Below are positions 49,900-55,211 of a stretch of 64,000 nt of DNA, piece by piece. The notes beneath the pieces were generated by a model, which searched no databases, was not told the origin of the DNA, and was given only the letters and a program-made list of their open reading frames with translations. The position numbers were made by a program, and so were the translations under genes. The stretch is from a virus (taxonomy: Duplodnaviria > Caudoviricetes), in IMG/VR virus record IMGVR_UViG_3300028887_000080, positions 1-64,000 of that record; one strand, 5' to 3'. Position 1 is the first letter of the stretch. Each line of letters begins with the position of its first letter.

Positions 49900-49987
49900 C
49901 GGAGAGTGAGGGACTTGAACCCCCGCGCCGTTTTCACGACCTATCTGTTTAGCAAACAGACCCCTTCACCGACTTGGGTAACTCTCC
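49900..49987 (-). tRNA. tRNA-Ser(GCU)
   Basis: TCTGT-TTGCTAA-ACAGA, long variable arm. Confidence 0.92.
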
Positions 49988-50154
49988 AAAAAAGCAAAAT
50001 CTTACACAAGACGAGTTGCGCTTTAACTCTCTTGTCCTTCGCTGTGGCGAGACCACGGATTGCTCCGCACTTTTGTTGTTAAACTTCCACAGACCCCATT
50101 CTCATCGGAATCCCAAGCGGAAAAGATTTTATCCGCACCCTTTGATTTTGCTAT

Positions 50155-50299
50155 GCTGTTATGGCGGGACTCGAACCCGCAGTACCGCAGTAATCCTGAA
50201 CCGCGGGCAACCTTTACGTCTCACTCCCAAGACTTCTAATCTGACCGACAATGGTGACGGTTTCAAGCGAGGGTTTGCCAATTCCCCTTCACATAACAG
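50155..50299 (-). ncRNA. tRNA-like RNA with 8-bp acceptor stem and expanded anticodon arm
   Basis: CTGTTATG/CATAACAG, D-like AGGG..TGG..CCCT, GCGGG-TTCGAGT-CCCGC; ~60-nt central domain. Confidence 0.65.
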
Positions 50300-50318
50300 T
50301 TGTGTGTTGATGAATTTG

Positions 50319-50397
50319 TAGGGGAGGTGGGACTCGAACCCACATACACCAATTACAGAATTAACGACTGTATATAAGACAGGACTGATACACCCCT
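50319..50397 (-). ncRNA. D-armless tRNA-Ile(UAU)-like RNA with long variable arm
   Basis: AGGGGTG/CTCCCCT, CTGT-CTTATAT-ACAG, GTGGG-TTCGAGT-CCCAC; only 8 nt where D arm should be. Confidence 0.65.
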
Positions 50398-50485
50398 ATG
50401 CGATGCCGAGAATCCCTGTCATAAATTTGCCCGCCAACGGCGGACACCCATCAACAGATGGGGCAAGGCATTGCTTGTGAAAGAG

Positions 50486-50559
50486 TGCTCCCAGCAGGAC
50501 TTGAACCTACGACCCCCTGATTATGAGTCAGGCGCACTAACCAACTGTGCTATGGGAGC
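50486..50559 (-). tRNA. tRNA with CAU anticodon (Ile2/lysidine type probable)
   Basis: CCTGA-CTCATAA-TCAGG. Confidence 0.88.
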
Positions 50560-50565
50560 ATAGAA

Positions 50566-50639
50566 ACAAGGCGGTTTTTTTAGCGAGTACAAATTAACGG
50601 TTTGTTGCTTGAAAATAGTGGTTTGCGGAATCCGCCTTT
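50566..50639 (-). ncRNA. CAGCAA-family RNA, Asn(GUU)-like loop
   Basis: AAAGGCGG-ATTCCGCAAAC..ACAAA-CCGTTAA-TTTGT..CCGCCTTGT. Confidence 0.7.
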
Positions 50640-50678
50640 ATATGTTCAGTATTATGGAAAAAGAGAAAATTCAAAAAA

Positions 50679-50749
50679 ACAAGGCAGGGGTTGTTAGCGA
50701 GTACAAATTAAAAGTTTGTTGCTTGGATAGGTTTGCTGCACCTGCCTTT
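50679..50749 (-). ncRNA. CAGCAA-family RNA, Lys(UUU) loop
   Basis: AAAGGCAGG-TGCAGCAAAC..ACAAA-CTTTTAA-TTTGT..CCTGCCTTGT. Confidence 0.72.
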
Positions 50750-50788
50750 ATTATTCAGTATTATGGAAAGAGAAGATTCAAAAAAAAA

Positions 50789-50855
50789 ACAAGGGAGATT
50801 TGTTGCGTTTCAAAGTTACAGTTTGATGCCTACAATGTTTGCTGAACCTCCCTTT
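50789..50855 (-). ncRNA. CAGCAA-family RNA, Tyr(GUA) loop
   Basis: AAAGGGAGGTT-CAGCAAAC..TCAAA-CTGTAAC-TTTGA..AATCTCCCTTGT. Confidence 0.72.
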
Positions 50856-50859
50856 AGAT

Positions 50860-50927
50860 ACAAGGTGATTTTTTTGCTTGGTTGAATTTGGATTTCACTT
50901 TGCAATGCGTTTGCTGCAATCACCTTT
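50860..50927 (-). ncRNA. CAGCAA-family RNA, Trp(CCA) loop
   Basis: AAAGGTGATT-GCAGCAAAC..TGAA-ATCCAAA-TTCA..AATCACCTTGT. Confidence 0.7.
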
Positions 50928-50939
50928 TTGTTTTAATTG

Positions 50940-51012
50940 TATCCCCGCAGGGACTCGAACCCCAATCTTGAGTTCCGTGGACTCACATTCTAATCCATTG
51001 AACTACGGGGAC
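50940..51012 (-). tRNA. tRNA-Arg(ACG), C33 variant
   Basis: TGAGT-CCACGGA-ACTCA. Confidence 0.88.
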
Positions 51013-51117
51013 TTATATGGGCGGGGTTATCGTCATACCTTACTATAGTTATACGCCGAATATGATGTTATCCCCTGCGTAAACTTGTTCCAATGTACGG
51101 TTGGAGTTTACGTTTAG

Positions 51118-51190
51118 TGGGAAGGGGTGGAGTCGAACCACCATCATCGGATTTTCAGTCCGCTGCATAGACCTGCTTTGCTACCTTCCC
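51118..51190 (-). tRNA. tRNA-Phe(GAA)
   Basis: GCGGA-CTGAAAA-TCCGA. Confidence 0.9.
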
Positions 51191-51269
51191 GTTTTGCGGA
51201 TGTGTGTCTCGCGACAGGCGTCCGCAACTGATAAATATAAAAAAACACAAATAAAATGATTATCACAAG

Positions 51270-51340
51270 AGCGGCATATCAGAATCGAACTGACATATCC
51301 AGATTGGAAGTCTGGCGCACTGCCTTTGTGCTAATGCCGC
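51270..51340 (-). tRNA. tRNA-Gly(UCC)
   Basis: CCAGA-CTTCCAA-TCTGG. Confidence 0.92.
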
Positions 51341-51363
51341 GTGAGGCGCGCGTCCGCGCCCGT

Positions 51364-51427
51364 ACAAGAGGCGTGATGAAATGACTTATCCCAAAAGTTT
51401 TTCTTGTTTTTTGCCGAATGCCTCTTT
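51364..51427 (-). ncRNA. CAGCAA-family RNA, Pro(GGG)-like loop
   Basis: AAAGAGGC-ATTCGGCAA..ACTT-TTGGGAT-AAGT..GCCTCTTGT. Confidence 0.65.
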
Positions 51428-51432
51428 TTTTG

Positions 51433-51546
51433 CCGCGGAGATTGGAGTCGAACCAATGTCAGGAGTTCCCAATAGCGAAAATTGCTGATAGGTTCTTTGA
51501 ACAAGAATCATTTGCTACTCCCGTTCTGCCGTTAAACTACTCCGCG
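51433..51546 (-). ncRNA. tRNA-Pro(UGG)-like RNA with ~43-nt CAGCAA module inserted in anticodon arm
   Basis: CGCGGAG/CTCCGCG, D and T arms intact; GGAGT-[insert]-ATTGGGA-ACTCC. Confidence 0.7.
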
Positions 51547-51890
51547 ATGTTCCGACATAATGTGGTGTGAACCGCTGAAACCACAATCGCACTTTCGCTG
51601 TCGGGGCGAACTCCGCTTTGTTTCTCCGGAGCGGAAAACCATCACTGCATTCGTTTTGATTAACAATATACAGCATCACGGTATCGCACCGTGCTCTCTC
51701 CGCAGGGTCGCGGGCGTGTCACTTGACACCTATGTTGCAGTGATTGTATGTCCTCCCGCCCGTGCCTTTGCACATTATCTGCGGATTTGTATGGACACGT
51801 TTCAAGGTTGTGCTGAAACCCGACGCCATTCTAAATGTTATTTTAAGGAAGCGTTTAACTCTCCTAAAACTATGTGCGGCATAGTCTTTG

Positions 51891-51961
51891 TTGAACTTGG
51901 AGGACTCGAACCTCCACCAACAGAACCAAAATCTGTTGTGCTGCCATTACACCAAAGTTCA
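51891..51961 (-). tRNA. tRNA-Gln(UUG)
   Basis: ACAGA-TTTTGGT-TCTGT. Confidence 0.92.
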
Positions 51962-51966
51962 ATATG

Positions 51967-52038
51967 TGGGTCGGGCGGGACTCGAACCCGCAGTCCCCTG
52001 ATTAAGAGTCAGGTGCAGTGCCATTTTGCTACCGACCC
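51967..52038 (-). tRNA. tRNA-Lys(CUU)
   Basis: CCTGA-CTCTTAA-TCAGG. Confidence 0.92.
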
Positions 52039-52042
52039 GATG

Positions 52043-52198
52043 TGGGCAGGGAAGGATTTGAACCTCCGAACCCGAATGGGAGCGGATTGGCAATGTGGGA
52101 AATTACGAATTTCCGAAACTTCATTATTCACATTGCGGTTTAACGTGTAACCTTCACGTAGTACAGTCCGCCGCGTTTAACCACTTCGCTACCTGCCC
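52043..52198 (-). tRNA. tRNA-Tyr(GUA) with 73-nt insertion/intron (52089-52161)
   Basis: GCGGA-CTGTA-[73 nt]-AA-TCCGC; all other arms canonical. Confidence 0.85.
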
Positions 52199-52210
52199 TT
52201 ATAGAATTTG

Positions 52211-52281
52211 TGGACATTACGGGAATCGAACCCGCTTTCACGCCTCCCGTTGCAGTGGGACACGCTACTGCCGTTATGCCC
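52211..52281 (-). pseudogene. atypical tRNA-like RNA (8-nt loop ACUGCAAC, Cys/Ala-like)
   Basis: GGGCAT/ATGTCC, T arm GCGGG-TTCGATT-CCCGT, shortened D arm. Confidence 0.5.
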
Positions 52282-52292
52282 TTGTTGTTATG

Positions 52293-52364
52293 TGTCACGG
52301 ATGAGACTCGAACTCACAATCCCCTGATTAAAAGTCAGGTGCATCGCCATTATGCTACCGTGGC
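52293..52364 (-). tRNA. tRNA-Lys(UUU)
   Basis: CCTGA-CTTTTAA-TCAGG; C2:A71 mismatch; 5' end overlapped by endonuclease ORF. Confidence 0.88.
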
Positions 52365-53189
52365 ATTTTTTATTTTTTGTATTATATTTTTAATGAATCG
52401 TTCTTTACATTCTTTTGGCATTTTTTTATACCGAGACCATCTTATTCTAAATAAACACGTCCATCCATTTTTTTGTAATACTTCAGTTCGTTTTTTGTCG
52501 TGTTTAACAATACGCTTGTCCAAATAATGTTGTTCCCCATCAACTTCAAAATATGTTTTTGTTATTGGAAATGCAAAATCCAAAAAATACCCAAATTGAT
52601 AATAATTTTGTTCATATTCAATATGTTCATCATTCAAAATTTGCTTAAAATACTTTTCACAATAACTATCACCGTGTGAATGATGATTTAATACATAAGG
52701 AACTTTATTCGGGTGCTTTTTCAAATACTTTTTTCTAATATCAGAAAGGTGCTGTTTTTCTTGTTCAGTATGCTTTATTCCTTTTTGTGGACTTTTTAAT
52801 TCACCGTTTTCATAACGGAGTTTAAGTGAAATTGCTGCTTGTTTAACACGCTCATCTGTCTCTTTTGTTAAACCTTTGTTCCACGGACGCTTACCCATCA
52901 TACCATTACGATATACTCTATTTTTGTTTTGTGGACACTTACATTCGTGTGCTTTAAGTGATTTTACACTATAACATTGTTTTCCACAGTATTTACAAAC
53001 AAGACTTTCATCTTTGTCGTAATGATAATTTTCATTACTATGTTTTTTTGAATATACCGCATAACCACAAACGTGATTTTCCAAAGGTTTTCTATTTGGA
53101 TTCAACTTACAAGTTCTTTCGTGAATACCCAATGCACAAGAACGTTTTAACATTTTGTTACAATACCTACAAATATACATCATTTCCAA
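52350..53189 (-). CDS. free-standing homing endonuclease (Zn fingers, NUMOD3-like motifs, DUF559/Vsr-like nuclease)
   Basis: CRYC..HERTC, PWNKGLTKE, KGIKHTEQEK, YFLDFAF..EVDGEQH..HDKKR..GW..RIRW; AT-rich. Confidence 0.8.
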   Translation of the reverse strand: MEMMYICRYCNKMLKRSCALGIHERTCKLNPNRKPLENHVCGYAVYSKKHSNENYHYDKDESLVCKYCGKQCYSVKSLKAHECKCPQNKNRVYRNGMMGKRPWNKGLTKETDERVKQAAISLKLRYENGELKSPQKGIKHTEQEKQHLSDIRKKYLKKHPNKVPYVLNHHSHGDSYCEKYFKQILNDEHIEYEQNYYQFGYFLDFAFPITKTYFEVDGEQHYLDKRIVKHDKKRTEVLQKNGWTCLFRIRWSRYKKMPKECKERFIKNIIQKIKNATVA

Positions 53190-53236
53190 TATATTATTAT
53201 ATTTATAAGTACGCTAACATTGAGTTATCATCATTG

Positions 53237-53309
53237 TAGCGGGAGCAGGACTCGAACCTGCGATTACGAGATTATGAGACTCGTGAGATGACCACTTCTC
53301 CATCCCGCT
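53237..53309 (-). tRNA. tRNA-Met(CAU), initiator-like
   Basis: AGCGGGATGGAG.. body; CGAGT-CTCATAA-TCTCG. Confidence 0.85.
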
Positions 53310-53315
53310 ATGTTT

Positions 53316-53386
53316 ACAAGGTGGCATAACCATTAACCTTAAATTAAATAAATACTATGGAAACTGTTTTGCTGAAAACCACCTTT
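53316..53386 (-). ncRNA. CAGCAA-family RNA (weak UAA-type loop)
   Basis: AAAGGTGGT-TTTCAGCAAAAC..CCAT/ATGG..GCCACCTTGT. Confidence 0.62.
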
Positions 53387-53390
53387 CTTG

Positions 53391-53464
53391 CTGGGATGGA
53401 GGGACTTGAACCCCCGACTTACGGATTAACAGTCCGCCGTTCTGACCAACTGAACTACATCCCA
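53391..53464 (-). tRNA. tRNA-Asn(GUU)
   Basis: GCGGA-CTGTTAA-TCCGT. Confidence 0.93.
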
Positions 53465-53470
53465 TTGTTG

Positions 53471-53545
53471 TGGGCAAGGCAGGACTTGAACCTGCGACCC
53501 CCGCCTTATCAGAGCGGTGTTCTGACCAAACTGAACTACTTGCCC
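53471..53545 (-). tRNA. tRNA-Ile(GAU)
   Basis: CCGCT-CTGATAA-GGCGG. Confidence 0.93.
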
Positions 53546-53623
53546 GTGAAAATTGAGTTGGTTTATGGTCTAACTCAAGACTAACGACCGCTCTTATTAT
53601 GAAAAACAATAATATGGTTTTTG

Positions 53624-53707
53624 TGGTCGGGGCGGGAATTGAACCCGCACGTCCTTTCGGACAAAGGTTTTTGAGACCTTCGCGTCTACCAATTCCGCCA
53701 CCCGACC
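53624..53707 (-). tRNA. tRNA-Leu(CAA)
   Basis: AAGGT-CTCAAAA-ACCTT, long variable arm. Confidence 0.93.
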
Positions 53708-53750
53708 GCAGGCGTCAATGCGGCAAAGAGAGCGTAAAAAGGATTTATAG

Positions 53751-53831
53751 TGCGTCAGAAAGGACTCGAACCTTCACGCCTCTCGGCATCGGTTCCTAAA
53801 ACCGACGTGTCTGCCATTCCACCACAGACGC
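53751..53831 (-). tRNA. tRNA-Leu(UAG)
   Basis: TCGGT-TTTAGGA-ACCGA, long variable arm. Confidence 0.92.
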
Positions 53832-53836
53832 ATTTT

Positions 53837-53891
53837 ACAAGATACTTAAAATTTCCTATAATTTTTTTAATAGATTGCTGAATGTATCTTT
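53837..53891 (-). ncRNA. CAGCAA-family RNA (short, no anticodon loop)
   Basis: AAAGATAC-ATTCAGCAA-TCTAT..ATAGG..GTATCTTGT. Confidence 0.62.
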
Positions 53892-53899
53892 ATTTCTCG

Positions 53900-53977
53900 C
53901 GTACCGTACGGGACTCGAACCCGCATTTACCTCCGTCACGATGACAGCGTGCTTACCGCTATTACACCAAACGATAC
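53900..53977 (-). ncRNA. tRNA-like RNA (Asp-derived) with rearranged anticodon arm
   Basis: GTATCGT/ACGGTAC, intact D and T arms; CTGTCA-TCG-TGACGG. Confidence 0.55.
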
Positions 53978-54053
53978 TGACGGGAGATTGAACGCTAAAG
54001 AATGCGGTATCGCGATTACCGCGAAGCGTCTTGTACAACCTTTGTCCCGTTTG

Positions 54054-54125
54054 CGGTCACACTGGGAATCGAACCCAAATCTCGTGATAGACAGTCACGC
54101 ATCTTAACCTTTAGACGATGCGACC
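54054..54125 (-). tRNA. tRNA-Asp(GUC), U37 variant
   Basis: CGTGA-CTGTCTA-TCACG. Confidence 0.9.
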
Positions 54126-54451
54126 GTTTGTCGGTTTATGTCCGCGCCTCTCCACGACGCTTCCAATCTTTTGCATAATTTCAGCGATTTATACACGCAG
54201 TTCCGACTACTTTGCGTGTGCCCCGTAAAAATGTGGAACATACATCTACGGACATAACTCCCCGCAGCGGAGCAGGCGTTTTTTCACGCAACGCCCCTTG
54301 CGTACCATTACGGCGGTATTGGAGACGCCGCAAGGAATTTGACCGTTTTTATGGAGACCGCCACCTGACAGGCGGTTTGTCCAATTTCTTTTTAGAATGC
54401 GGATTTCCGATAACCTTGCATTCCATTTTAAGCGTTTTTAACTTGTCAGGA

Positions 54452-54492
54452 TTTTTGGCGCGTGTTACGCCGTTTTTGGCGCGTGTTACGCC
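54452..54492. repeat. 20-bp direct tandem repeat
   Basis: TTTTTGGCGCGTGTTACGCC x2 separated by 1 nt. Confidence 0.85.
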
Positions 54493-54542
54493 CACGCCTT
54501 ACGACCGCGACGCGAACTTATAAGAACGCACCGGGGGATTTG

Positions 54543-54615
54543 AGCCGCAGGGGAGACTTGAACTCCCAACTTTCGGTTTACAAAACCGATACTCTACCAG
54601 TTGAGTTACAGCGGC
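54543..54615 (-). tRNA. tRNA-Thr(UGU)
   Basis: TCGGT-TTTGTAA-ACCGA. Confidence 0.88.
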
Positions 54616-54727
54616 ATTTGAAGGGGTGGATGCTCACTGATGGTGGGACGCCGCTGAATTTTGTGCGTATATGCCCGACCTGTTCGTTTTACATACACCC
54701 CTTTTAGGTGTTTGCTTTCTGCCAATA

Positions 54728-54806
54728 TGTCAAAGAACTTTCGTTCGTCGGCGGCGTTAAGACCGCCTGCATTTGAATATAATAAAAAAAATCAACTTTT
54801 TTACAG
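54728..54806 (-). promoter_or_regulatory. tRNA-operon promoter with boxB-like hairpin and boxA-like GTTCTTTGACA
   Basis: GTAAAAAA..TTTTTATTATATTCAA, hairpin GGCGG..CCGCC, then GTTCTTTGACA. Confidence 0.65.
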
Positions 54807-55158
54807 ATATTGAAAAAAATCTCAAAAAAAAATCGGAGGTTGCTTTCACATACCTCCGATTCTATTTGGTTTCAGTGGGGTATGGTCATTCTTCCTTTGA
54901 GTATTCATTATCTTGTTTCTGTCCGAAACTTGCACCATTGCCGTCAAAAATGCCGCAATACGCCTGTTTCGGGGATATGTGCTTCCCTGTTTTTGGCGTG
55001 CGGTTGTCGGTTGCGATGTTTGTTTTGGAAAGAATCATTGAGTTCTTTTTATTATTTTTTCGGAATATATTTATACAAGTGTTTTTGCACTGTTTCCAAT
55101 GGGTGTGAAAATGGTGCAAAACCTCTGAAAATGAATATATCGCAGATATATCTGACAT

Positions 55159-55190
55159 AAAAAAAGCGTGTGGGTGCACACACGCTTTTT
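55159..55190 (-). terminator. intrinsic terminator
   Basis: AAAAAGCGTGTG-GGTG-CACACGCTTTTT-type hairpin with A/T tracts. Confidence 0.7.
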
Positions 55191-55211
55191 GTCTTGTTTT
55201 GGAAGTTTTTG

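Noticed and set aside
50566-50927. CRISPR array
   Set aside because: Repeats are not identical direct repeats with unique spacers; conservation is structural, and no cas genes are nearby.
50566-53891. CAGCAA elements as plain intrinsic terminators or T-box/preQ1 riboswitches
   Set aside because: Loops are 40-55 nt with a conserved internal motif, several lack a U-tract, they lie mid-operon rather than before CDSs, and they show anticodons rather than specifier codons.
47170-54540. tmRNA or RNase P RNA in the spacers
   Set aside because: No GGGG..GAC 5' end with Ala-type acceptor and tag ORF, and no GAGGAAAGUCC/P4 signature, recognised by eye.
47100-55180. ORF-track proteins across the tRNA region (e.g. 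51560-52150, 48404-48715, 54212-54523)
   Set aside because: They overlap or are antisense to tRNAs/structured RNAs and have no protein-like motifs; only 52350-53189 is credible.
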